A DNA stretch of 63,277 nucleotides, filler included, from Octopus bimaculoides (Eukaryota): assembly GCF_001194135.2 (NCBI RefSeq). It is 7 parts of 6 records of this genome, joined end to end, with 100 filler letters (N's around TTAATTAATTAA, not from the genome) between each part and the next. Parts side by side here need not be neighbours in the genome. Positions count along the whole stretch, not along the records: positions 24,518 to 41,823 come from NC_068992.1; positions 41,924 to 54,979 come from NC_069009.1; 5 more parts are not named here. One strand, given 5' to 3'. A program made the translations under genes and the position numbers. A model generated the notes under the pieces. It was not told where the DNA came from and did no database searches. It was given only the letters and a program-made list of their open reading frames with translations. Of the stretch, positions 35,840-48,941 are shown piece by piece; the first letter of the stretch is position 1; the number at the start of each line of letters is the position of its first letter.

Positions 35840-38800
35840 NNNNNNNNNNNNNNNNNNNNNNNNNNNNNNNNNNNNNNNNNNNNNNNNNNNNNNNNNNNNN
35901 NNNNNNNNNNNNNNNNNNNNNNNNNNNNNNNNNNNNNNNNNNNNNNNNNNNNNNNNNNNNNNNNNNNNNNNNNNNNNNNNNNNNNNNNNNNNNNNNNNNN
36001 NNNNNNNNNNNNNNNNNNNNNNNNNNNNNNNNNNNNNNNNNNNNNNNNNNNNNNNNNNNNNNNNNNNNNNNNNNNNNNNNNNNNNNNNNNNNNNNNNNNN
36101 NNNNNNNNNNNNNNNNNNNNNNNNNNNNNNNNNNNNNNNNNNNNNNNNNNNNNNNNNNNNNNNNNNNNNNNNNNNNNNNNNNNNNNNNNNNNNNNNNNNN
36201 NNNNNNNNNNNNNNNNNNNNNNNNNNNNNNNNNNNNNNNNNNNNNNNNNNNNNNNNNNNNNNNNNNNNNNNNNNNNNNNNNNNNNNNNNNNNNNNNNNNN
36301 NNNNNNNNNNNNNNNNNNNNNNNNNNNNNNNNNNNNNNNNNNNNNNNNNNNNNNNNNNNNNNNNNNNNNNNNNNNNNNNNNNNNNNNNNNNNNNNNNNNN
36401 NNNNNNNNNNNNNNNNNNNNNNNNNNNNNNNNNNNNNNNNNNNNNNNNNNNNNNNNNNNNNNNNNNNNNNNNNNNNNNNNNNNNNNNNNNNNNNNNNNNN
36501 NNNNNNNNATATATATATATATATATATGTAAATATGCATATTTGCATGTAGGAATGTCTGCGTGTATGTATAGGTTTGGTGATACAAACAGGAAGCTAG
36601 GGCTGAAGTTTATTTATCAATAATCGGCAGAAGTTCAGTGTGTTTTATACGTTGGCACTTATTAGAAGCATGGAACTTTCTTTCGTTTTCCATCACGATC
36701 TTAAAGAAATAGTAGAGATCCTGCAGAAATAATATTTTCTTACCTTCAGTGATCACACTATTGCAATGAAATCATACCTACATATATCTCCGAGATAACT
36801 TTCACAAACTGAGATATAGTTACAGCAATATACGAAGCCAAACATTATTCTGCAAAATGACTCCGAACTTCTCGTGCCCTGAAGGAACCCAAATACCAAC
36901 CTGCATCCACTCTAATCATCAGATACAGCATATATATATATTCAGACATTTCTTATCTCAATCTGTCGCCACAGTCTTGAAAATCAACGGAGTATCAATC
37001 GAGTTATCAAAGGCTTGATCAAAATCTAACCACATCTATTAGCCTTTAGTCTTAACACAACTGGTGCTAGTATATATTAAAATAAAACACCCAATGAGAT
37101 TTTTAATCTTTATATTAATCTATGGATAGAACGAACGCCCTTTCTGTCACACGCAGATGCGTTCACACACACACAGGTACTCACGCATATATGAAACGAA
37201 AATTATGTCATATATTATATTATCTTGTGAATAATCACTGATTTTGTTTATCGTTTTGCGAGAAACTATGTCAGACGAAAGGTATTCATGTGTATCAATT
37301 CAAATTAAATATAAAGACAAATATTGGCTAAAAGCGAAGCTGTAATTCATTTGAATCTTTCGGTTATTAGTAAATGAAATTAAGCGGTTTCAGATTCCTT
37401 AGAACACAATCTATTTGTTATTTTCAGAGGTATTTCAATAGATATTGACACATAAATTATGCTTTCTCAGAAAAAAAAAACACTTGATGCATAACATATT
37501 GCAGTTGAATTCGCATGAAGCTATTTCGAAGTTGTCTCATTACGTAAAATAATATGATACTTTTCTCTTAAGCTATAATTCTCCACAAGATGAAAAAAAG
37601 TATCAAGAAATATCGAATTGTGTTTTCTTGTATTCTAATTATTATATTATGTCGAAGAGACGAAAGGATATTATAAATAATCTTATTTGCCTTGAACACT
37701 TATTCCTAAGGTTTTATGTAACACTTATGTAACATGCGATACCTTTTAAATGTCGTTCTGTTCTCATACTTGAATTACTATACGAAGTAGTTTTCTGTTT
37801 TCTCTTTCAATGGCAAGCACAAATCAGAATTAATTCACCCACTAAACAATATGACAGCACGTCTAAACAGAAAATAGAGGAGAATAAGATAATTTGATAA
37901 GCAGAACGACTGAAACGAAAGAAAAGAAACACAACAAATAAATAAACGAAGGCCAACCCGAAAGAAAACAAAATTACCTGGTAAAGTTTTGATAGATTAT
38001 AGAGAACACTGAACAGGAAAATACTGATGGGAAAGCTGATGGACTCGATTGAACAGAGTAACACGCGGCTAATTCTGAATTAAGCGTTTTCAACTGCTGG
38101 TAGAAAACGGAATGTATGCTAAAATACAATAACTTATTTTATCAGTTCTTCATATCTTCAAAGTAGAGTTTTGCACACACAAACACACAGACACAAACAC
38201 ACAGACACAGACACAAACACACAGACACAGACACAGACACAGACACAGACACAGATACACAGACACAGACAGACAGATACACACGCATATACGTATTATA
38301 TGTATATATATATTTATATAAACATACACTCACATATGTATATACATACATACATATATATGTATTTATCAATGTACATGTATATGTATGTATTTATGTT
38401 TGTATGTATACATATACATACATATACATATATATATATATNNNNNNNNNNNNNNNNNNNNNNNNNNNNNNNNNNNNNNNNNNNNNNNNNNNNNNNNNNN
38501 NNNNNNNNNNNNNNNNNNNNNNNNNNNNNNNNNNNNNNNNNNNNNNNNNNNNNNNNNNNNNNNNNNNNNNNNNNNNNNNNNNNNNNNNNNNNNNNNNNNN
38601 NNNNNNNNNNNNNNNNNNNNNNNNNNNNNNNNNNNNNNNNNNNNNNNNNNNNNNNNNNNNNNNNNNNNNNNNNNNNNNNNNNNNNNNNNNNNNNNNNNNN
38701 NNNNNNNNNNNNNNNNNNNNNNNNNNNNNNNNNNNNNNNNNNNNNNNNNNNNNNNNNNNNNNNNNNNNNNNNNNNNNNNNNNNNNNNNNNNNNNNNNNNN

Positions 38801-40650
38801 NNNNNNNNNNNNNNNNNNNNNNNNNNNNNNNNNNNNNNNNNNNNNNNNNNNNNNNNNNNNNNNNNNNNNNNNNNNNNNNNNNNNNNNNNNNNNNNNNNNN
38901 NNNNNNNNNNNNNNNNNNNNNNNNNNNNNNNNNNNNNNNNNNNNNNNNNNNNNNNNNNNNNNNNNNNNNNNNNNNNNNNNNNNNNNNNNNNNNNNNNNNN
39001 NNNNNNNNNNNNNNNNNNNNNNNNNNNNNNNNNNNNNNNNNNNNNNNNNNNNNNNNNNNNNNNNNNNNNNNNNNNNNNNNNNNNNNNNNNNNNNNNNNNN
39101 NNNNNNNNNNNNNNNNNNNNNNNNNNNNNNNNNNNNNNNNNNNNNNNNNNNNNNNNNNNNNNNNNNNNNNNNNNNNNNNNNNNNNNNNNNTATATATATA
39201 TATATATATTTGTGTGTGTGTGTGTGTGTGTGTGTGTATGCGTGGGCGCGTGTGTGTTGGAGTGCTTGTATGTATGTATGTATGTGTATGTATGCATGTT
39301 ATTGAATAATGTTGTAGATGTCTACAGTTTTCTAAGGACCCAACCAAACACAGCGTATATTCCCTACAGATGTTGTGACAAGCGATGTTAGAGCATTCGA
39401 AATTCGAAATCCTACATTTCGGAGACAGCTACTTCTTCAAACCTTAAATTTAGCATCGAGTGTTGAGAGGTTATTGAGCACGTGGGCCTTTACAGAATCG
39501 TTATTTCATACTGCCCTATTGGGTTATATCGCTATATTGTAATGGTGTGTGGAATGTCTTGCTCGAGCAACATATCTCCCATATTTTGCACTGCTGATAG
39601 CGATTTTATTCAAAGTCACATCTACATCATCTGCAAGAGCTTTAATTGGTTAGTTGACGTAGAATGATTTATGTAGCATTCGTTCATTGTATGTAGGCGT
39701 ACTTCTGAATTACTCTATAAGCGCATGCACTGTTATGTAACTTGGAGAGAACAGTTTAGTGGGTACTGTTTTCATATAAACTCTAAATAGCTATGCGCTG
39801 TTAATCCCCCAAGAACAGCAATGCTCTAAGCTGATCATATGTATATTCATTCCTTTAATGTTACTACCATATTTACTTTCAAGAAGAGACTAATGCATGT
39901 TATTTCAAATATCTACCTTAAATGTTAAATTATCAAAGAAATCTATATAATGCACTAAAAACTATTACATTATTATATTAATCCATTATGACGGCCGCCT
40001 ATCCATTTCGAACGACAGCGTTCCTGTTAGAGACATTTGCTCGTAACAAGTTTGGTAGCTTTTCTCCTATGGACTTATAAAAACAAAAGCCTTGAGTTTA
40101 TTTTTAAATTTTGTGACAAACGAGGGTTAAGGATTTGGTCAAGAGTCATTCCACTTATTGCTCCGGTCTTATAAATTTGTCCACATTAGATTTTCAATAT
40201 CGCAGTAAATAACAAGTCTCTGGACGTAAATGACAGCAGTCCTATGCTAGTGGCGTTCGAGTGGTATGCATAAAATATCCTCCGATTATTTATAGACGAC
40301 TAGGTCAAAGTTCGTTTGAAAATATTATACAACCACAAACTGTAAGATTATCCCTCCAATATTTAGGGCTTCAGTAACGTGGAGACTTCTATCTATTTTA
40401 TTATTATTTTTTTTTGCATTATGTTTCAGTAATTTTCAGGTACGACAGAACCTATTTTCTAGGACTAAGGTCATCATTGTGACGTCATGAAATCTCACAT
40501 TTCTTTTGTGTTGGGACGGCAACTGAGAGCTAATTCACCATAATATATGTATGTATATACGTGTGCGTATATGTATATATATATACATATACATATATAT
40601 AAGTATGTATGTATATGTATGTATATATATAGATACACACATATATACAC

Positions 40651-40684
<34 letters not shown>

Positions 40685-40915
40685 NNNNNNNNNNNNNNNN
40701 NNNNNNNNTACAGAAAAACAAAAGACGAAGGCAGGTGTATAAACAACAAACAAATGTATTGGTTTAAAGCTCGGGAATGTGAGAAAGTCCTTTACGGTTC
40801 GAGCTACGGTCGTCAACAGAAGGGAACAGAAAGAAATAAATAGAGAGAGAGAATAAAGAAAAAGCCTTAGGAGTTAGCGTACAATCATGGCGGCTAGCTG
40901 GACAGAAGTAGTTAG

Positions 40916-40986
<71 letters not shown>

Positions 40987-41565
40987 TTAGAACTTATAAC
41001 CTAGCAAACCTGGGACGTTTCCCTCCAAATATATATTGGTTGTAGTAAACTAAATATCCATGCTATACATGCTATTCATAGAGAAATGCATGTAACGGGT
41101 CACCCCTTCAATCCTTTCCCCATTACAAACTGCTACACATTAAGCGTCCATCTTTCTTCCGACGGCATCTCCGATCATCTTTGTTCAAAGAATAATGGAA
41201 CCATTATTGATCTGAGATTACTTAGAGGGATTTAAAGGTCTTGCTCACCTCATTTCCCCTCCTTCACCAAAAATTGAATTGTGTCAGCTAATGATGTGCG
41301 TTATATTAGGAAATGTTGCCCAGACACGAAACAGCATCTTTTGAACTTTCAATGAAATACAAAAGAGAAAAAAAACTAAATTAAAAAAGCTACAGTTTTT
41401 CTTTGTTCTGATCCTTCGCTTCTTTGTTAATTTCGTTTCTTGTTTCGAGATTATAAAATTTCTAAAAATCAATACAGCTTTACTATGGACGTAGTGGTAA
41501 GGAAAAGAAAGAAAAAAAACTTCTACCCAAGTTAAAGCAAAGACGTACGTATGCATCTATGTATG

Positions 41566-41599
<34 letters not shown>

Positions 41600-41743
41600 T
41601 GTATGCATGTATGTATCTGTGTGTTGTATATACATATGCATGCATACATATATATATATATTATATATAGTTATACACACACACATATATATATATTTAC
41701 AGAGAGACAGAGAAAGAGAAAGCTAGATAGATACACACACGCA

Positions 41744-41786
<43 letters not shown>

Positions 41787-41923
41787 ACACACATACATAC
41801 ATATGTATATATATATATATATANNNNNNNNNNNNNNNNNNNNNNNNNNNNNNNNNNNNNNNNNNNNTTAATTAATTAANNNNNNNNNNNNNNNNNNNNN
41901 NNNNNNNNNNNNNNNNNNNNNNN

Positions 41924-41960
<37 letters not shown>

Positions 41961-42247
41961 ATATATATATCCTATGGATATGGTGAGGTGATCCCATAAA
42001 AATAAATGTAATGCTGAAACATGTATAGCAATGCATTAATGAAAATATAAAATCTCCATCTATGAAGTATTTCTCATTATTAATATATTTATCCTATGGT
42101 ACACAGAGTACTGCACATATAAGACTATGCAGTTAACTCAGCATGTTGGGAATAATATACAGTAGTCAGCAACAATTTGCACAGGAGCTTTTATGAATGT
42201 ACTGGTAGACATCTGCCATACACAAAATACAAAGATATGTATATATA

Positions 42248-43168
42248 TTGGGTCATCCCATAAATAATGTGGTTTTTCTATACTTCTTTTATTTTTCAAA
42301 ATTAAAATGAACAAAGTTCTTTTTTAATCTAAAATATGTTCTCCTTCATTTTCTACAATGCTCTTCCATCTATCTCGTAGACTTGCAAGGCCCCTCTTCC
42401 AAAATTCACTTGTCCGTGATGAAAGATACTCCTCCAGTATTATTCTGACCTCATCTACAGAATTCATATTTTTTCCATCCAAATGATTTTGAAGACTGCA
42501 GAATAAATGATAATCAGATGGGACAATGACTGGTGAATATGGTGGGTGGGGAATTGTTTCCCATTCAAACTGCTCCAGCCTTTGGAATACCATCCTTGCT
42601 GTGTGTGGCTGAGCATTATTCTGATGGAAGAACATCTTTCGTCTTGAAACCAAAGATGGTCGTTTTTCTTCTATTGCTGACTTGAATAACTGGTTAACTG
42701 ACCAAATCCAAGCTTCTCTGCTAGTTCCTCATAATTATGACAGGATTTTGTTCCACCAGGGTTTGCAGGGTGTCCTTGTTAAGCTCTACAGATCATCCAG
42801 TATGAGGCTCATCTTCTAGGGTGTAGTTTCTGGCTCAGAATTTCCGTAACCACTGTTGACACTGGCTTACTCTTATTGTCTGATCCCCATATACTACATT
42901 AATATTCCTCACACTTTCAGTTGCATAGTTGCCTTTATTGAACTCATAAAGCAAAATATGCTGAATAGGCTCCTTTGTCCCTTCCATTATAGCTTTGAAA
43001 AAATAACTTTTAAAATCGAACTGCACTCTTTAAAACTTGCACTAAGAATAAGCAGAAGGTAACATTACTACCTGCTTTTATAGCAAGTTGATGCAGGTTG
43101 ATCCTGTCTCCCTCTGACTTTTAGTCCATGTAATTGAAAAAAATCACATTATTTATGGGATGACCCAA
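42248..43168 (-). mobile_element. Internally deleted mariner element
   Basis: TIRs TTGGGTCATCCCATAAATAATGTG with TA flanks, 921 bp; N-terminal HTH and C-terminal HPPYSP...YHLF...RWKSIVENEGE present, central part missing. Confidence 0.92.
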
Positions 43169-43189
43169 TATATATATAGAGCCATCTAA

Positions 43190-44350
43190 GAATCTATAAA
43201 TCAGCAAAACATGCACTCATATATGTGTCAGTAGTGTGGACATATTAATTGAAGTGTACAGTATAATATATTCATTATGGCCAAGCTTAACGATCAGTTT
43301 CGCACTAGGAGTTTAACAGAGTGTTAGGTTACAGTCCAATTATGTACCCATGTACTTTTTAGAGATGGTAGTTATGGAATGAAATATGGTGACTGCTCTC
43401 TATTGTTGGAAGTGAACAGACACATCTGGTTTTATGGTTGTTGTGAAAAAGACGATGAAATGAACCAATAAGGTTAAAGTTAAGAGTTATGTCCCTTGGT
43501 ACTCAAAACACCATCTCTGGCAGGTGTTGACAGTTGGCAAGTGTTTTCAGGAAAAGAGTTTATGGAAAATCTTTAAAATTGATGCTCTTGTAGAAATGAA
43601 ATGTGTGTAGTGTTACTATATTTATAGCATTTGTGAGGGAAGTGGGGGTTCAAAGGCCTCATATATATCTGTGTTCGTTGGTGTATCTTCTCTCTTTTGT
43701 GTTTTGTTTTAATTCTTAGGGTGTTTATGTATGCATTCAGTGTGTGGGGGAATACAATATGTGTGGGGGCTTATATTGGAGGTGGTGAAAAATGGTCTAT
43801 CAGGTGAATTTCTACTGTGTTAGGGTGTGTGTATTTGTGAGTACATTTGTGTATGTTCTGATCAAACTCTACTGGATTCACAAGTATTAGTGGTGGGAGA
43901 GCAAAAGCTGTGGGGCTGGAGATTATAGTCATGATGGGGCATGCATGTATGATAGGATCTACTTCCTTTCATGTGGGCAAGAATTAAAAATTTTACTTCT
44001 GCTGTTTAGGTGGATGCCAGTGTGCTGCGAGTCTTCAATATTGGTCTTTCCTCAGCCAGGCATAATCTATACATCCTGCTGCTTTTGAAGTACGCTTTAC
44101 ATTTCTTTAGAACCCTCCACTTTAAGCTGTACTTGGTGGTGCTTTCTTTCAATGACCATATGTGCATGGTCAGGGTTGTGACATTACATATCTCTGGGAT
44201 ACTGAAGGAGGATTTGTGGTTGTTATAGTGGGTTCTGAAGGAGCTTTCAGTGACTCCTATGTACTTTCGCACCTTTGGTTGGCTATTTGGTCCTATTTCT
44301 GTTACCTCAGTCTCATATATGACAGTTTCTGTATTACAGTAGCTTTCTAA
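43190..44350 (-). mobile_element. Penelope-like element 3' remnant with GIY-YIG endonuclease
   Basis: KYIGVTESSFRTHYNNHKSSF...HIWSLKESTTKYSLKWRVLKKCKAY...YRLCLAEE followed by SCPHERK. Confidence 0.82.
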
Positions 44351-44540
44351 TGGACATGCTGTATTATGCTTACAAGAGCATCTCAGGTGTCGGCCTATCT
44401 ACTAAAATCTCATTTTACATTCGCCGCACAGCTAAAGGAAACTCTCAGAGAGTGTCTATTAAATATTTTACTGAACCTATTTGTACAGGGGAAGTGTTTA
44501 TCTACTAAGCTAAGAAAATTTTACCTACTTCTCTTAATAA

Positions 44541-44597
<57 letters not shown>

Positions 44598-44684
44598 CAT
44601 TGTGAACAACACCAGCACTGCTTCTAATTCATATTTGATTATATATATATGAGTGTGTATGTGTGTGTCTGTGTCTGTGTGTGT

Positions 44685-45432
44685 GCAGGCATGGCTATGC
44701 GGTAAGAAGTTCGTTTCCCAACCACATGGTTCCAGGTTCAGTCCCACTGCAGGGCACCTTGGGCAAATGTCTTCTGCTATAGCATTAGGGTGACCANNNN
44801 NNNNNNNNNNNNNNNNNNNNNNNNNNNNNNNNNNNNNNNNNNNNNNNNNNNNNNNNNNNNNNNNNNNNNNNNNNNNNNNNNNNNNNNNNNNNNNNNNNNN
44901 NNNNNNNNNNNNNNNNNNNNNNNNNNNNNNNNNNNNNNNNNNNNNNNNNNNNNNNNNNNNNNNNNNNNNNNNNNNNNNNNNNNNNNNNNNNNNNNNNNNN
45001 NNNNNNNNNNNNNNNNNNNNNNNNNNNNNNNNNNNNNNNNNNNNNNNNNNNNNNNNNNNNNNNNNNNNNNNNNNNNNNNNNNNNNNNNNNNNNNNNNNNN
45101 NNNNNNNNNNNNNNNNNNNNNNNNNNNNNNNNNNNNNNNNNNNNNNNNNNNNNNNNNNNNNNNNNNNNNNNNNNNNNNNNNNNNNNNNNNNNNNCCTCTG
45201 TGAGTTACAAGTATTGCTATCTGTTGGAGTTTTAGCACTTTAGCTGCTATTTCTGAACTTCCGTATGTGGTGAAGCAACTGTTGCTGATCCCTTAATTAT
45301 GTTTATAAATGTATAAGAACTTTTAAATAAGTTCTTCACCGATAATGGTGTTTACATACCGAAGGGCTTGGTAAAAATTATTAATTATTAATTTATTAAT
45401 AAATTAATAATCCTTTACCCTTTTATTTGTAG

Positions 45433-45476
<44 letters not shown>

Positions 45477-45967
45477 CATTGTGAACAACACCAGCACTGC
45501 TTCTAATTCATATTTGATTATATATATATGAGTGTGTATGTGTGTGTCTGTGTCTGTGTGTGTGCAGGCATGGCTATGCGGTAAGAAGTTCGTTTCCCAA
45601 CCACATGGTTCCAGGTTCAGTCCCACTGCAGGGCACCTTGGGCAAATGTCTTCTGCTATAGCATTAGGGTGACCAAAACCTTGTGAGTGGATGTGGAGTC
45701 AGAAACTGAAAGAAGACTGCCATGTATATTCTTTTATTTATTTCAATCATTTGACTGTGGCCATACTGGAGCACAACGTTGAAGGATTTTAGTTGAACAA
45801 ATCCATCCCAGGACGTATGTTTTAAGCCTAGTACTTATTCTATTGGACTCTTTTGCCAAACTTCTAAGTTATGGGGACAAAAACACACCAACACCAGTTG
45901 TCAAGTGGTGATGGTGGGGGGGGACAAATACAGACACAGAAACACATGCATAAATATACACACACAG

Positions 45968-46010
<43 letters not shown>

Positions 46011-46425
46011 TATATATATACACATATAGACAACAGGCTTCTTTCAGTTTCTATCTACCAAATCCACTCACAAAGCTTTGATCATCCTGAGGCTATAGTA
46101 GAAAACACTTGCCCAAGGTGTCACACAGTAGGACTGAACCCAAAACCATGTGATTGGGAAGCAAGCTTCTTACTACACAGCCACAACTGCAACTATGTAT
46201 GTATGTGTGTGTGTGTCTTTGTGTCTGCGTTTGTCTCTCACCACCACTTGACAACCAGTGTTGGTGTGTTTACATCCCTGTAACCTAGCAGTTTGGCAAA
46301 AGAGGCCAATACAGTAAGTACGAGGCATAACAAAAAATAAGCGGTGGGGTCAATTCATTTGACTAAAAATTCTTCAAGTTAGTGCACCAGCATGGCCGCA
46401 GTCTAATGATTGAAACAAGTAAAAG

Positions 46426-46461
<36 letters not shown>

Positions 46462-47234
46462 NNNNNNNNNNNNNNNNNNNNNNNNNNNNNNNNNNNNNNN
46501 NNNNNNNNNNNNNNNNNNNNNNNNNNNNNNNNNNNNNNNNNNNNNNNNNNNNNNNNNNNNNNNNNNNNNNNNNNNNNNNNNNNNNNNNNNNNNNNNNNNN
46601 NNNNNNNNNNNNNNNNNNNNNNNNNNNNNNNNNNNNNNNNNNNNNNNNNNNNNNNNNNNNNNNNNNNNNNNNNNNNNNNNNNNNNNNNNNNNNNNNNNNN
46701 NNNNNNNNNNNNNNNNNNNNNNNNNNNNNNNNNNNNNNNNNNNNNNNNNNNNNNNNNNNNNNNNNNNNNNNNNNNNNNNNNNNNNNNNNNNNNNNNNNNN
46801 NNNNNNNNNAATTATATATATATATATACATACATGGGCTTCTTTCAGTTTCCATCTACTAAATCCACTCACAAGGCTTTGGTCAGCCTGAGGCTATAGT
46901 AGAAGACACTTGTCCAAAGTGTCACACAGTAGGACTGAACCTGGAACCATGTGGTTGGAAAGCAAGCTTCTTACCACACAGCCACTCCTGCACCTATATA
47001 TAACAAATTAAAAAGGATGGCTTATTGACGATTAGAACCTAAAGGCTAAATTAATAGCGGTCACAATAGTGACAGAAGGTACTGACTAGCATGGCTTTTG
47101 CTAAAGATAAGAGTTAAACTAACACAAAAGCCACAAAGCCGCAAAGACAGTGCATATGTGGATTCTGAGTTAGTTTAACTATTATCTTTAGCAAAAGTGG
47201 TGCCAGTCAATATCTTCTATCGTTTTTGTGACCT

Positions 47235-47271
<37 letters not shown>

Positions 47272-47720
47272 TGGTGCCTGGCAGCAGTGATTGTAAGGGA
47301 GATAATCACTTCTAGATAATTCATGATGGAGTTGGAAAGCTTGAATTTTTAAATCAATGAGCCACAAAGATACACAGACTGTAAACTTAATACTTTTTTC
47401 TACTCGTTAAATGATCCCAAATATTTTTTAGTCACTGAGAGCTATCTATGATGCTGTTTTATACATACATAAATACATACATACATACAGACATGTACTC
47501 TTTTATTTTTTTATTCTTTTACTTGTTTCATTCATTTCACTGTGGCCATGCTGGAGCACCGCCTTTACTCGAAGAAATCGACCCCAGGACTTATTCTTTG
47601 TAAGCCTAGTACTTTTTCTATCGGCTTTTTATTGCCGAACCGCTAACTTACGGGTACGTAAACATACCAACATCAGTTGTCAAGCGATGGCGTGAAGGGG
47701 GGGAGGACAAACACAGACAC
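44685..47720. mobile_element. Cluster of SINE family A copies in both orientations (44685+, 45565+, 45740-46190 minus, 46200-46425 plus, 46835-46995 minus, 47510-47720 minus)
   Basis: Repeated family A heads and tails. Confidence 0.75.
47059..47233. repeat. Palindromic hairpin element (arms about 80 bp)
   Basis: ggtcacaa...cttttgctaaagataagagttaaactaac versus gttagtttaactattatctttagcaaaag...ttgtgacc. Confidence 0.8.
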
Positions 47721-48198
47721 ACAAACATATACATACATATTTATATATGTGTGTGTTTGTGTGTGTGGTTTGGCTGTTTATCTGTTAGTGTGTGTGTGTG
47801 TGTNNNNNNNNNNNNNNNNNNNNNNNNNNNNNNNNNNNNNNNNNNNNNNNNNNNNNNNNNNNNNNNNNNNNNNNNNNNNNNNNNNNNNNNNNNNNNNNNN
47901 NNNNNNNNNNNNNNNNNNNNNNNNNNNNNNNNNNNNNNNNNNNNNNNNNNNNNNNNNNNNNNNNNNNNNNNNNNNNNNNNNNNNNNNNNNNNNNNNNNNN
48001 NNNNNNNNNNNNNNNNNNNNNNNNNNNNNNNNNNNNNNNNNNNNNNNNNNNNNNNNNNNNNNNNNNNNNNNNNNNNNNNNNNNNNNNNNNNNNNNNNNNN
48101 NNNNNNNNNNNNNNNNNNNNNNNNNNNNNNNNNNNNNNNNNNNNNNNNNNNNNNNNNNNNNNNNNNNNNNNNNNNNNNNNNNNNNNNNNNNNNNNNNN

Positions 48199-48230
48199 TG
48201 ATGTTTCGAGCGGAGCTCTTCGTCGGAAAC
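48199..48230 (-). ncRNA. Second copy of the minimal hammerhead-like motif
   Basis: gtttc-CGACGA-a-gagc-tcc-gctc-GAAA-CAUC; flank homologous to the 32611 copy. Confidence 0.38.
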
Positions 48231-48477
48231 AAAGAAAGTCCAAAGAAGGGAAAAACGGAGGAAGAAAAAAATCGCCACCAATATCCACGAGGTTACATTG
48301 TGGAATGACCGGAAGGGAAAGGGTGGAGAAAAAGTTCTTTCTAAGACAGGAGAGTGCTAGAGGGAGGTAAGTATGTGTGAGTGTGCACGGGTTCGTGTGT
48401 GTGTGTGTGTGTAATAACAGAACGTGTATGTACGTATATATGTGTGTGTTTGTGTGTGTGGTTTGGCTGTTTATCTG

Positions 48478-48513
<36 letters not shown>

Positions 48514-48798
48514 TGGGTGTGTGTGTGTCATTAAACGTTGTGGAAGGAATTAGTAGCAGGAATAATTTGGGAGTGCTTGTGGACAATGGTCAGTTGAAAG
48601 TGGGCAGGCAGTTTTTGAGTATGTGTGTGCGCGTGTATGTGTATGTTGTGTGGTGTGATTTTCTTGCTGTTTGTGCCTGTATTTGTGTGTGCGCGTGTGT
48701 ATGTGTATATATATATGTGTGTGTACGTGTGTGTGTATATGCGTGCGGTTTGCTCTGTGGATCGCACGTGGGTTATTTTGTGTGTGTGTGAGTGTGTG

Positions 48799-48847
<49 letters not shown>

Positions 48848-48941
48848 GATGGGCTTTTCAGAATAATGAAGGAAGAAGTGGTAGGCTGAGAGTAAGGGGG
48901 GGGTGAAGACAACTTTAAAAATTTAAGTCAAACAAAAAAGA

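Noticed and set aside
35606-39391. Long ORFs of X residues and YI/HT/CV repeats here and throughout the window
   Set aside because: Caused by N gaps and (TA)n/(CA)n/(TC)n microsatellites.
39408-39445. Hammerhead-like UUGAAGA...CGAAAUGUA on the minus strand
   Set aside because: Stems I and II do not pair; too degenerate to support.
44593-45675. Identical segment of about 200 bp on both sides of a gap (44593-44796 and 45472-45675)
   Set aside because: Most likely an overlapping contig end or haplotype duplicated by the assembler; a true tandem duplication cannot be excluded without long reads.
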